Positions 47,077 to 56,093 of a DNA stretch of 64,000 nt are shown in pieces. The notes below the pieces were generated by a model. That model searched no databases, was not told the origin of the DNA, and saw only the letters and a list, made by a program, of their open reading frames with translations. The translations under genes and the position numbers were made by a program. This DNA is from a virus. The stretch lies in the IMG/VR virus record IMGVR_UViG_3300042888_002665. The stretch is one strand, 5' to 3'. How positions within the stretch are numbered: the stretch's first letter is position 1; every line of letters begins with the position of its first letter.

Positions 47077-47243
47077 ACTTCAAACGATGTTTTTGATTTA
47101 TTCTGCTTTAATTCAGTTAAATTATACTTACGCATATATTCTTGTTTTTGGCGAGTATAATACGCTTTTAATTCTTTATCAATATGATCATCCCATCCTA
47201 TAGGAGTAGATTGAATATTAAAGATATCCTTTTTAGCTGTCAT
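47064..47243 (-). CDS. small hypothetical protein (59 aa)
   Basis: Manual translation MTAKKDIF..EVWNS; promoter at 47262. Confidence 0.55.
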   Translation of the reverse strand: MTAKKDIFNIQSTPIGWDDHIDKELKAYYTRQKQEYMRKYNLTELKQNKSKTSFEVWNS

Positions 47244-47261
47244 AATGTTTGTTTTTATATT

Positions 47262-47298
47262 CTAAAAATAATAAAGAAAAGGGGCCGAAGCCCCCTTT
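47262..47298 (-). terminator. cUUCGg terminator fused to promoter motif
   Basis: Minus strand GGGGC-TTCG-GCCCC then TTTTCTTTATTATTTTTAG. Confidence 0.8.
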
Positions 47299-47301
47299 CT
47301 A

Positions 47302-48105
47302 TTAAGCTACTTCAGCGTATTCGCTTACATACTGATCGGCTAACTCCCATAATTCGGAATTGAATTCGATGTTCTGTGTGAAGTTCTTCAACGCTCTTGC
47401 TTTGCGTGTTTTGCCTTTTTCGTTTTGGTAATTAAATCCACCACCAACTAGCTTCTCCTGAACGCGGTTCAAAATTGCCCACATTGACATACCAGCATCT
47501 TCTTTACGTTCAACTAACAGTAATTGATCTGTATTAATTTCTTTCAAATTATCTCCAAAACGTAATTGAGCTGCTTTAGCTGCAAACGCATTAGCCATTT
47601 CATCTGAAATAGTTACATTGTTGAATTTATTAATACGGCCTACTACATCAGGTAATTTTTCAACCATTGTATGAATTAATGAACGTAATGCTTCAAAATC
47701 ATAACCTTGATGACGGATCTTTAATGTGCCCATATCTTGGTCTTTAATTACTAAACCATTCGAACACACTAAACGGAATATACCTACCTCGAATCGGAAT
47801 GTAGACGAGCCGTCGTGTGAATTGGTTAATAAAATTTCAATATATGAATCAACATTACCATCTGCATCAGCCATATACACACCCTCATTACGGAATTTAA
47901 CTAAGTGCTTTTTAATTGCTGAATTACCACCTTTACGGGCCTTAACACCAAGTGCTTGAATTGGTTCCCATCCTAATTTTCTCATGTCTTCAACTACCTG
48001 AATGGTAGGAATCTGAGTGTAGTGATCTGATAAACCGGCCTTGTGCTCGGTTGACATTACTGCGGGTGCGATCGCTTGGATCTGCTCGTTTGATAAAATG
48101 TTCAT
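47302..48105 (-). CDS. DUF932/DUF945 family protein
   Basis: APAV..S.HYTQIPT; LLTNSHDGSS; GIFRLVCSNGL; W..LNRVQE. Confidence 0.85.
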   Translation of the reverse strand: MNILSNEQIQAIAPAVMSTEHKAGLSDHYTQIPTIQVVEDMRKLGWEPIQALGVKARKGGNSAIKKHLVKFRNEGVYMADADGNVDSYIEILLTNSHDGSSTFRFEVGIFRLVCSNGLVIKDQDMGTLKIRHQGYDFEALRSLIHTMVEKLPDVVGRINKFNNVTISDEMANAFAAKAAQLRFGDNLKEINTDQLLLVERKEDAGMSMWAILNRVQEKLVGGGFNYQNEKGKTRKARALKNFTQNIEFNSELWELADQYVSEYAEVA

Positions 48106-48161
48106 ATTTTGTTTATTTATTTGTTTTACAAATTAAAGATAATAAGGAAATTCTCACTTTC

Positions 48162-48374
48162 CTAGAATTTATAAGTAGTTTCTTCAATATCTTCACTTGA
48201 TCCTTGTCTAACAGGACGAGTCGAAATCGGGGAAATTGAATAGCCTATAGTTTCAAGCATTGCGTTCAAGTTAGCTACTTTAGGGTATGCCATTTTTTCT
48301 AATTCAGAGCCGATACCTTTAAGTAAAAGCATCTCTTTGTAATCGCGTGTTGTTTTTTTGTTTGTACTCTCCAT
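48162..48374 (-). CDS. hypothetical protein
   Basis: ORF track; promoter at 48412. Confidence 0.6.
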   Translation of the reverse strand: MESTNKKTTRDYKEMLLLKGIGSELEKMAYPKVANLNAMLETIGYSISPISTRPVRQGSSEDIEETTYKF

Positions 48375-48431
48375 TTTGTTTGTTTTTTAAATTGAAAATT
48401 TATTTTATAAGGTAAATATAATAAGGAAATC

Positions 48432-49052
48432 TTATATTGATCTGTATGCTTGACTAATTCGTTTAGCGACTAGTTCTTTATAATCATCAGCAGCAGCGAT
48501 AAATTCACCACGTGACGCATTCCATAATACTAATTCAGCTTTACGTCTGCGTACTAATCCTTTACGAACACGTCCACCTGCTAATTTATATTGAGATAGA
48601 TACGGTTCAATGTTACGTCCACGCTTAATTGCTCTACCTAATCCATCAGTGGTAAAACGCATTCCGATGTTGTAGGCAATCATTGATGTTAATATAATCT
48701 TTTTACGTGATTTTAATTCTGGGAAACGACGTTTAACGTCTTTAATGAATTTAGCATAATCCTTATCAAATAATTCATCTGCTTGCTTAACTGAAATGCC
48801 ATTACGGTATAAACGGCGTTCCTTTCTGGTCATGACGTGACCCCACCCAATGGTCCATTTACCGCCTGGGCATTTATACGGTTTTAATTTTAATGATTCT
48901 TCTGATTTGATAAATAAAGCAGCGGTGTTGTAGAGTTTGTCGTCTGATGTGTCTACTGCTTCGATAATTGGGGGTTCGACTTTGGGTTTGTGTTTGTCGT
49001 TATAACCTACCCACAATGCGGCTAGCATAGCCGTTATGACTATTTTCTTCAT
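48432..49052 (-). CDS. phage lysozyme (GH24 muramidase) with N-terminal hydrophobic segment
   Basis: EESLKLKPYKCPGGKWTIGWGH (E..C..T catalytic set), AYNIG, GLVRRRKAE. Confidence 0.9.
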   Translation of the reverse strand: MKKIVITAMLAALWVGYNDKHKPKVEPPIIEAVDTSDDKLYNTAALFIKSEESLKLKPYKCPGGKWTIGWGHVMTRKERRLYRNGISVKQADELFDKDYAKFIKDVKRRFPELKSRKKIILTSMIAYNIGMRFTTDGLGRAIKRGRNIEPYLSQYKLAGGRVRKGLVRRRKAELVLWNASRGEFIAAADDYKELVAKRISQAYRSI

Positions 49053-49085
49053 AAGTAATGTTGGTTAAATTGTTAAACTTATAAT

Positions 49086-49123
49086 CTAAAGTTAATTAAG
49101 AGAACCTTAGTTTCCTAAGGTTC
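49086..49123 (-). terminator. GNRA stem-loop fused to promoter motif
   Basis: Minus strand GAACCTTAG-GAAA-CTAAGGTTC then TCTTAATTAACTTTAG. Confidence 0.7.
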
Positions 49124-49232
49124 ATCTTCAAATTCGGGATATCCGTATCCACTTTCAATCCATTCTTCTAATTCTAACTTCATGGTCTTATCTTTTAGTA
49201 CGTAGTAAAGATAATAAAGAAACTTTAAATTA

Positions 49233-50435
49233 CTAATTTCCTTTTGTAGGGAATTTAGTCCAACCATTAGTCCAAGTTGGTTTTGCTAAAGTTTCAATTT
49301 CAGTTGCAGTTAAAGTTATTTCAGTATTACCTTCACTTAATGCTTTCGTTTTAACCAAATCAGATGTTATAATAGTAGTTGCTTTACTAATGAAGTTTAA
49401 TCCATTAAATGAACCTATTTTATTATTCTGAAATTTACTTATACCATCTTTGTAGAATTGTGCTGTCTCATTACTTTCCATACTAAATCCACCTTTCATA
49501 TATCCAATGATTGTAGAGTTATATACTTCAAATTGAGTTGCTCTTCTCCAACGCATTGCTAAATTATGATTAGTTAAAGCAGTAGCATCATTTGGTCCAA
49601 TTAAAATGATACCATCTAAAATAGGATGTGTGAATGGTTCTGCTGTTGAACCTGTTCCATCATTATCACATTCTACACCATTACCCGCATCACCATTATC
49701 TACAAATTGTGGATCTCTTTTAGAAACTGAATTAGATACCTTACCTCTATATCCAAAATCAAAATCGTAATCATCATCAGCAGTTCCGTATGCATATAAG
49801 TTTTTAGCATTTACAGTTCCACCAAAGAATTCAAATGCATCATCATTTGCATAGATTGTCTGTACATTTTCAATTGTTGTTCCACTACCAACACCACCTA
49901 ATGTTAATGCATTGATTTCAGAGTTTGGCATTGCTGCAATACCAGCATATTCAATACGAACATATTTTAGAATACCACTATTATCTAAATCATTTGTTCC
50001 ACCGAACGCTCTACCAATACCACCTTCGATGGTTGGTTCTGAAGTGCGATTTGTTTTAGCTCTACCTAAAATAACAATTCCACCCCAATCACCTGGTGTT
50101 CTTTCACCTGCTGGTCTGCCTGATGTAAATATAATTGGTTTAGCTGCAGTTCCTTCTGCTACAATTTGTGCTCCTCTTTCAATACATAATGCGCCCTTCT
50201 CACTTATATCCGATTTGATAATTGTGCCAGGTTGAATGATAAGTTTAGCACCATCGGTTACATAAACATATCCTTTTAATATCCATTCTTTATCCGATGT
50301 AAGAGTTGTAGTTGTGGTAATATTACCAGTTAAAGTTGTTGATGTTGGTACATTGATTGGTGTAACTTCTCCACCTAAATCCTTTGAACATGCAAACATT
50401 GTTAAACTTGCGAACAATACTAATAATTTTTTCAT
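49233..50435 (-). CDS. surface lipoprotein, parallel beta-helix, TBDT partner
   Basis: Lipobox MFAC-SKD; GT...PIIFTS..PGDWGGIVILG, DNSGILKYVRIEYAG, DDAFEFFGG, DDDYDFD. Confidence 0.85.
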   Translation of the reverse strand: MKKLLVLFASLTMFACSKDLGGEVTPINVPTSTTLTGNITTTTTLTSDKEWILKGYVYVTDGAKLIIQPGTIIKSDISEKGALCIERGAQIVAEGTAAKPIIFTSGRPAGERTPGDWGGIVILGRAKTNRTSEPTIEGGIGRAFGGTNDLDNSGILKYVRIEYAGIAAMPNSEINALTLGGVGSGTTIENVQTIYANDDAFEFFGGTVNAKNLYAYGTADDDYDFDFGYRGKVSNSVSKRDPQFVDNGDAGNGVECDNDGTGSTAEPFTHPILDGIILIGPNDATALTNHNLAMRWRRATQFEVYNSTIIGYMKGGFSMESNETAQFYKDGISKFQNNKIGSFNGLNFISKATTIITSDLVKTKALSEGNTEITLTATEIETLAKPTWTNGWTKFPTKGN

Positions 50436-52921
50436 AGGTTGTAATTTAGTGTTATTGAAACTGTTGTTTCGTTATTGGTTTTTATTAAAGTACGATTTGG
50501 TTTTTGGTAATATTCAAATGGTTGTCTGAATATATCCGATACTGCTAATTTAATTTCTCCGTTTTTAATTTTACGAAGAATAACAATATCAACTACATCA
50601 CGAGAGTTCTCAAATATATCAGGATATCCTTGAAATCCTACTGCTGATATTCTATCTCCAACTCTATTATATGATATGTTGAATGTATTGTTATTTTTAT
50701 GTAAGTTCAATCCACCATTTAGTACATAGTTTGATTGTCCTTGCAATTGTCTTTTAACTCCGTTTATATCAACTTCCGAATTGATGAATGATGTGTTTGA
50801 ATATAAATCTAACCAATCATTTAATTTTTTACGAAGTTCAATCTCAACTCCATATACCAATGCCTCATTTGGATTTTTATATGTTAGTAAAAGGTTTGAT
50901 GGAACTGAACCATCTGCTACAACTTGCTCAATTGGATTGAAGAACTTTTTACCAAAGAAACCGATTGATATGTTCTCACCTGATTTAGGATACAACTCAA
51001 ACTTTATATCTGAATTGAATATATCCGTTTTTTGTAAGTTTGGATTTCCTAATAGTTGTGCGTTTCTAACAAAATCATAATATGCAAAATTAGCTACCTC
51101 TCTAAACTCTGGTCTTGCTAATGTTTTACTTACGGATAATCTAACCTTTGTTTTTTCCGATGTAGAATAGGTTGCGTTTAATGATGGTAGTAAATCCAAA
51201 TACTCTCTATCTACTGAAATCCGTTGTCCACCAAAATCAGATGTTTGAACTTTGAATAAATTATATTCCGTTCTAAATCCGGTATTCAATTTTAGTTTAT
51301 CAATTTCCTTTTCATACATTATATATGCATTTGCTAAATCAAAATCGGCAGTATATCTATCCGTATTGTTTGTAATTTCATTTAATAAATCAGTTGATTC
51401 ATATCTGAATATTCTTGCTTTGAAGTTTCTCAATTTCTTCAAATACCCCACTCCTAAACGAATATCTCCTATGGATTTGTTTAATCCCCCATTGAATGAG
51501 TTTTCATCCATTACACTCCAAAAACGATAGGTGTCTCTCCATGCTATTGAGTAAGGAGTTGATGTGTATAAAGATGATATGTAAGGTGTTACTCTATAAT
51601 CAGGTTGGTCTCTTAACATAAGATTATATCCTATATTAAAATCCCATGTTTTAATCTTACCTTCAAATTGTGTATTGAATACTAACTTTTGAATTGAGTT
51701 AGATGATTTACTATCTACATACTGAACATTATCATAGTTTTCACCAACTCTACTTAAAAATGATTTTTCGTTTTGGTAGTTAGCAAGTGTTTTCCAACTA
51801 TAACGATTCTCACCTAAATAAACTATATTTAATAATCCATTTAATGATTGTATATTTGAATAGTTCTGGTCTTTATATTTGTATGCTAATTCTGTTGATG
51901 ATTGATAATCTATTCTTTCGGTTGTGTTAGCTGAAAATGTGTTTCTTGCAGTTGAACTGAATAAGATGTTCCATTTGTTTTTCGCAACACCAAATGATAA
52001 GTTACCATTTAAGTTTGGAATAGATGTTGATGTTTCGGTTTGAGGTGAACCTATTAGTTTAGTGTATGCTCTTCTATCACCTATACCTGCTATTCGGTAT
52101 CCATTTGTTGATGGAAATGATGTTGGGAATTGTATTGGGTCTACCAACCTAAAATCCTGTCCTGTTGATAATGAACCCCAACTTCCTCCCAATGATATAT
52201 TAAAGAAATCACCACTAACTTCTTTTGTTGTTATTTGGACTAATCCACCTGCAAAGTCGCCTGGTAGATTTGCCGATGCTCCTTTATTAATGATGATATT
52301 ATCTATAAGTGATGCTGGGATAATATCAAATGAGAATGCTCTTCTATCGGGTTCGGTTGATGGTAGGATTGATTTGTTTAGTAGAGCCGAGTTGTATCTA
52401 TCAGCTAAACCTCTAACTAAAACAAACTTATCATTTTGGATTGTTACACCACTAACTCTTTTAAGTGCATCTCCAACAGTTCTATCTGGTGTTTTCTTTA
52501 TTGATTCGATTGATAAACCATCTGCTACAATGTAAGATGTTTTAAGTGTGTTGATAAGTGCAGTTGCAGTTTCTTTCTTTACTACTTGCCTTACCATAAC
52601 TTCTTGTAATATCTTTATATCTTCTTTTAACTGAATGTTAAAGTTAGTTGTAGTATCAATTGTAATATCTTTGATATATTCTTTGTATCCAACAAATGAT
52701 GCTTTAATTGAATAGTTACCAATAGGTACATTACTAAAGATATATCTTGAGTCTATATCAGAAGTTGTACCTATTTTTTTATTTGTGTCTTTATTTGTTA
52801 ACCAAACTGTTACACCTATTAAATCTTCTTTTTGGGTTTTTGTGCTGCCGGTTAAATTTACTTGAGCAACTAAAGGGAAAACTAAAAAATAACTAATTAA
52901 AAAACTAAGTAATAACTTCAT
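50432..52921 (-). CDS. TonB-dependent outer-membrane transporter (CarboxypepD_reg-like N-domain, plug, barrel)
   Basis: Signal peptide ending LVA|Q; GTTSDIDSRYIF; plug DALKRVSGVT..LVRGL.DRY..LP..FSFDIIP..ID.I.I.KG; barrel LARPEFRE, GNPNL, YGVEIE, LQGQSNY; C-terminal ITLNYNL. Confidence 0.93.
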   Translation of the reverse strand: MKLLLSFLISYFLVFPLVAQVNLTGSTKTQKEDLIGVTVWLTNKDTNKKIGTTSDIDSRYIFSNVPIGNYSIKASFVGYKEYIKDITIDTTTNFNIQLKEDIKILQEVMVRQVVKKETATALINTLKTSYIVADGLSIESIKKTPDRTVGDALKRVSGVTIQNDKFVLVRGLADRYNSALLNKSILPSTEPDRRAFSFDIIPASLIDNIIINKGASANLPGDFAGGLVQITTKEVSGDFFNISLGGSWGSLSTGQDFRLVDPIQFPTSFPSTNGYRIAGIGDRRAYTKLIGSPQTETSTSIPNLNGNLSFGVAKNKWNILFSSTARNTFSANTTERIDYQSSTELAYKYKDQNYSNIQSLNGLLNIVYLGENRYSWKTLANYQNEKSFLSRVGENYDNVQYVDSKSSNSIQKLVFNTQFEGKIKTWDFNIGYNLMLRDQPDYRVTPYISSLYTSTPYSIAWRDTYRFWSVMDENSFNGGLNKSIGDIRLGVGYLKKLRNFKARIFRYESTDLLNEITNNTDRYTADFDLANAYIMYEKEIDKLKLNTGFRTEYNLFKVQTSDFGGQRISVDREYLDLLPSLNATYSTSEKTKVRLSVSKTLARPEFREVANFAYYDFVRNAQLLGNPNLQKTDIFNSDIKFELYPKSGENISIGFFGKKFFNPIEQVVADGSVPSNLLLTYKNPNEALVYGVEIELRKKLNDWLDLYSNTSFINSEVDINGVKRQLQGQSNYVLNGGLNLHKNNNTFNISYNRVGDRISAVGFQGYPDIFENSRDVVDIVILRKIKNGEIKLAVSDIFRQPFEYYQKPNRTLIKTNNETTVSITLNYNL

Positions 52922-52943
52922 CTATATTGGGTTTTAAATCCAT

Positions 52944-53000
52944 GTATAGATATAAAAGAAAATATTACTAAACAACGTCTAATATTACTATTGTATTACT
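52944..53000 (-). promoter_or_regulatory. degenerate promoter preceded by AGTAATA(C/T) direct repeats (Pho-box-like)
   Basis: Repeats at 53000-52993, 52989-52982 and 52969-52962 directly upstream of TTTCTTTTATATCTATAC (13 of 18 matches to a typical copy of the common motif). Confidence 0.4.
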
Positions 53001-53532
53001 CTACGAGTTTATAAATTTCGTCTAAACAGCGTCCTTGCTCATCGTAGTCTAATCCAAAACCAATAATAAACTCATCATCGGTTAATTCCATTCCTACGTA
53101 ATCAACAACCACATTAGTCTTGTAATTCTTGGGGCGTGTAAATAAAGAACATATTTTAACGCTATTAACTTGCTTCTCATTAATTAGATAGTCTTTTAAT
53201 TCAACCATTGTCAAGCCTGTCTCAACAATATCCTCGACTATAATTATATTACGTTTATAGAGATCGCGGGATATTCCAAGAACTTGTTTTACAGTGCCTG
53301 TAGATTCGATACCTTCATATGATGACAATCTAACGAATTCTAATTCTGGACTTAATGGATATAATTGTTCAGCTAGATGCGCTCCGAATATACCTGCTCC
53401 CTTTAATACTATAACTAATACTGGATTGTAGTTTTGATCATGTATTATTTCCATTGCTAATGCCTTAACCATAGCATTTAGCTTTTGTTTTGGTATTAGT
53501 GGTTCGAAATGTTTATCTTTTATCTTTAGCAT
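52996..53532 (-). CDS. hpt: hypoxanthine(-guanine) phosphoribosyltransferase
   Basis: VLKGA.IF, LSSYEG, IIVEDIVETGLT (PRPP loop), FIIGFGLDY..GR.L. Confidence 0.93.
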   Translation of the reverse strand: MLKIKDKHFEPLIPKQKLNAMVKALAMEIIHDQNYNPVLVIVLKGAGIFGAHLAEQLYPLSPELEFVRLSSYEGIESTGTVKQVLGISRDLYKRNIIIVEDIVETGLTMVELKDYLINEKQVNSVKICSLFTRPKNYKTNVVVDYVGMELTDDEFIIGFGLDYDEQGRCLDEIYKLVE

Positions 53533-53642
53533 GTTCTCGTTTCAAATCCTCAGCTATTTGCTTAATAATTTCGTCTGGTGTCAGTACTAATAGAGTATTT
53601 AATTTGTATTGTCCTCTATATTTGTCGTATGAAGTAAGTACT

Positions 53643-53858
53643 TCACGAATTAGGCTCTCCGTTATCGGAGTTTGAATATCGTTCTGCATAACCTATTGTA
53701 TGATGTGTTGTTGTTATTTTATGTCCCATATTGTATGGGTTGTAGTTTATTTCTAATGTCAATGTAGATAAATCATCATCTTCACATTGTATGTATAAAT
53801 CATCTAATGCTTTTATAAGCATACGACGTTGAGCCCGTTTAACTTCTTTATAGGTCAT
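53643..53858 (-). CDS. hypothetical protein
   Basis: ORF track. Confidence 0.55.
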   Translation of the reverse strand: MTYKEVKRAQRRMLIKALDDLYIQCEDDDLSTLTLEINYNPYNMGHKITTTHHTIGYAERYSNSDNGEPNS

Positions 53859-53860
53859 AA

Positions 53861-54121
53861 TTAATCTACAAAGTCGCTTACATTTTCATCAGCGAATAGA
53901 TCTTCTGGAAATTCCTCGTAATCATCGTCATCATCTAGTAAATCTTCATCTGCCCAAATTACTTCCCATTTATCACCATCCAATTCATTTAATGGATCAA
54001 TGATTTCTTCTAATCCATAGTATTCTAGATCCTCCTCATATGTTTCGTTATAAGCGATGTTATCGATGTCAACATCAAGTGGAGTTTTTGGATCGCGTGG
54101 TTTATAAGTCTGTGATTGCAT
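53861..54121 (-). CDS. extremely acidic small protein (possible DNA mimic)
   Basis: Asp/Glu-dominated sequence with interspersed aromatics. Confidence 0.55.
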   Translation of the reverse strand: MQSQTYKPRDPKTPLDVDIDNIAYNETYEEDLEYYGLEEIIDPLNELDGDKWEVIWADEDLLDDDDDYEEFPEDLFADENVSDFVD

Positions 54122-54485
54122 CTACAATTGATTTTTTAAGTTTTTTACGAGTAAATTTAATTGTTGGTACTAATTCCTTTAATTTAATAACCTTAGCACA
54201 ATACTCATATTCTTCTGCTTCTTCTAATGTTGGTAGACAGCCATCTAAATTCTCTAAATAATCAGTATCGTCCATTGCTAATGATGTAGCCATATTCATA
54301 CCTCCTATTGTTGGTGACAATATGATACAAGCAATAACATATTTTACCTTGTATCTACAAGCAAATTCGACCGCTTTAACAGTTTGTTTAGCAATTTCCA
54401 ACCTGTATTCAGGTCCGGGTGTGCCAAACTTACCTCCTTTAATTATAAGGGGTTCAAACGGATCGAATTCGTCTTGTTCTTTCAT
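54102..54485 (-). CDS. hypothetical protein with UVR-like C-terminal motif
   Basis: LEEAEEYEYCAKVIKLKE. Confidence 0.55.
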   Translation of the reverse strand: MKEQDEFDPFEPLIIKGGKFGTPGPEYRLEIAKQTVKAVEFACRYKVKYVIACIILSPTIGGMNMATSLAMDDTDYLENLDGCLPTLEEAEEYEYCAKVIKLKELVPTIKFTRKKLKKSIVDAITDL

Positions 54486-54497
54486 TGCTGATAAATA

Positions 54498-54707
54498 TTA
54501 GGCTTCAATTACTGAAACAATATTTGATTTAGATGCTGATTTTACTTCAAAATCATTCTCACCACGTTCAGCTAAGTATTCTGTAATGCGTACTTCAGCT
54601 TCTGTAACTGACATTGCATCAACTAAATACGTTTCTGTTTGTTTTTTAATTTTACCTTTTGCGTCTTCAACTTCGAAAACGGCTTTCACTGTGAAATATT
54701 GTGCCAT
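54498..54707 (-). CDS. DUF4494 family protein
   Basis: GKIKKQTETYLVDAMSVTEAEVRI. Confidence 0.8.
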   Translation of the reverse strand: MAQYFTVKAVFEVEDAKGKIKKQTETYLVDAMSVTEAEVRITEYLAERGENDFEVKSASKSNIVSVIEA

Positions 54708-54746
54708 ATATATTTTGTTTTAATTAATTAAAATTAATAAGGAAAA

Positions 54747-55391
54747 TTATTTATTCCTAGCAATTAAGCTATTTTCTTCAGGCTCGTCATCTTCCCACAA
54801 TCCAAGCGCTTTCATATTAGCAATTTGATCCTCGTCTAATTGCCAGTCAAAATCTACTTGCTTAGTTTCCTGATTTGATTCTATAGAACGTATTTGGTTG
54901 CCTGTAAGTACTTCACCTACATATAGATAGTAACAGTTATAACATAGTAATTGTAGGTTTTCTAATCTATAATCTACTTTATTACCATTTCTAAAATGCA
55001 TCAATAACGGCATCTTATAATCTGTAACTCGTCGTTCTGAAAAGTCACACATGTCACAACATTCTTTTAGATATCCTTCTTCGACTGCTCTGATTTTGAT
55101 CTTCTCAGGAGTAAAGCTCTGCCAGCCGTCCTCACCTTCGAGTATAGCCTTAACATTCGGTTCTTTACGACGGTTAGGAAGGAATTTAGGAATACCCACT
55201 CCGGTTTGGTTCTTATGTACCTCGAACAGAGTAGGAGAATTAGGATCGTTATCATCTATACGATATGATTTCATAAATGGCCATAAGTGCTGATATGAAC
55301 AACCTAAATAACGAGCAGCTGCTCGGATTGATTTGGTATGTCTCATGGCCCTTAATAGGTCCTCTTTATTGAATGGTTTAGCTTTAGCCAT
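54747..55391 (-). CDS. HTH + degenerate HNH-like Zn-binding domain protein
   Basis: SIRAAARYLG HTH; CDMC..LLMHFRNGN..RLENLQLLCYNC. Confidence 0.7.
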   Translation of the reverse strand: MAKAKPFNKEDLLRAMRHTKSIRAAARYLGCSYQHLWPFMKSYRIDDNDPNSPTLFEVHKNQTGVGIPKFLPNRRKEPNVKAILEGEDGWQSFTPEKIKIRAVEEGYLKECCDMCDFSERRVTDYKMPLLMHFRNGNKVDYRLENLQLLCYNCYYLYVGEVLTGNQIRSIESNQETKQVDFDWQLDEDQIANMKALGLWEDDEPEENSLIARNK

Positions 55392-55392
55392 T

Positions 55393-55788
55393 TTATAACA
55401 ATTGTTTTACAGCTACCCACAGCTGTTCTGGGTTTGATATTTCACGTTCAACTCCTTTTATATCAGTATATGGGATAGAACCATCCATTTCTAGTCGATC
55501 ATAACAGTAGTGAATAATTAATTCAGCAGCTTGTGTTCCAAACGATAAGTAAATTAAATTATCGATGATTTGTAAATACATCTCATCATAGTCTGATAAA
55601 TCGATTTTAAAGTCTGAATGTACTAATGTAGAACGATTGATTACTAATTCAATTTGAGTAATGATATTAATGAATAATTCGTGTTTGATATCTTCATTAT
55701 TCTTCTTACGGCGTACTATTTTAGTGTTAGTACCAATAAGACTATTAATTTGGTTTTGAATCCCCTCAATCTCTTTATCTACGTTCAT
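55393..55788 (-). CDS. hypothetical protein
   Basis: ORF track. Confidence 0.65.
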   Translation of the reverse strand: MNVDKEIEGIQNQINSLIGTNTKIVRRKKNNEDIKHELFINIITQIELVINRSTLVHSDFKIDLSDYDEMYLQIIDNLIYLSFGTQAAELIIHYCYDRLEMDGSIPYTDIKGVEREISNPEQLWVAVKQLL

Positions 55789-56093
55789 AACTTTTCTTTT
55801 AATTTTATAATTTCAGCACACGTTTCATAATCTTCAAACTTTTCATAGTATGAGATTGACTTATTTAATGCGGATTCAAAATCTTGTTTATCTACTGTTA
55901 AATAATTTCCAGTTGAGTTGATTTCTATTATTTTAGCGTGTTTTAATTTACGCTTAATAGCTTCTCTAATCCCCCATACTGTTTGAGAATAAACAATATC
56001 TTGTATTATTTCATTTTCTCCGATTACTGAGTAATCAGGTTCGCCGTCTCCGTTTATATTAAACTGTAGGTTCGGTATTACTCGTTTGCTCAT
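55785..56093 (-). CDS. hypothetical protein with UVR-like C-terminal motif
   Basis: YEKFEDYETCAEIIKLKEKL. Confidence 0.6.
   Translation of the reverse strand: MSKRVIPNLQFNINGDGEPDYSVIGENEIIQDIVYSQTVWGIREAIKRKLKHAKIIEINSTGNYLTVDKQDFESALNKSISYYEKFEDYETCAEIIKLKEKL

Noticed and set aside
49233-53532. Host chromosomal contamination or prophage boundary at the TBDT/hpt genes
   Set aside because: Both flanks carry the same phage promoter motif, strand and gene density; no att site, integrase or housekeeping operon is present. Read-level confirmation is still advisable
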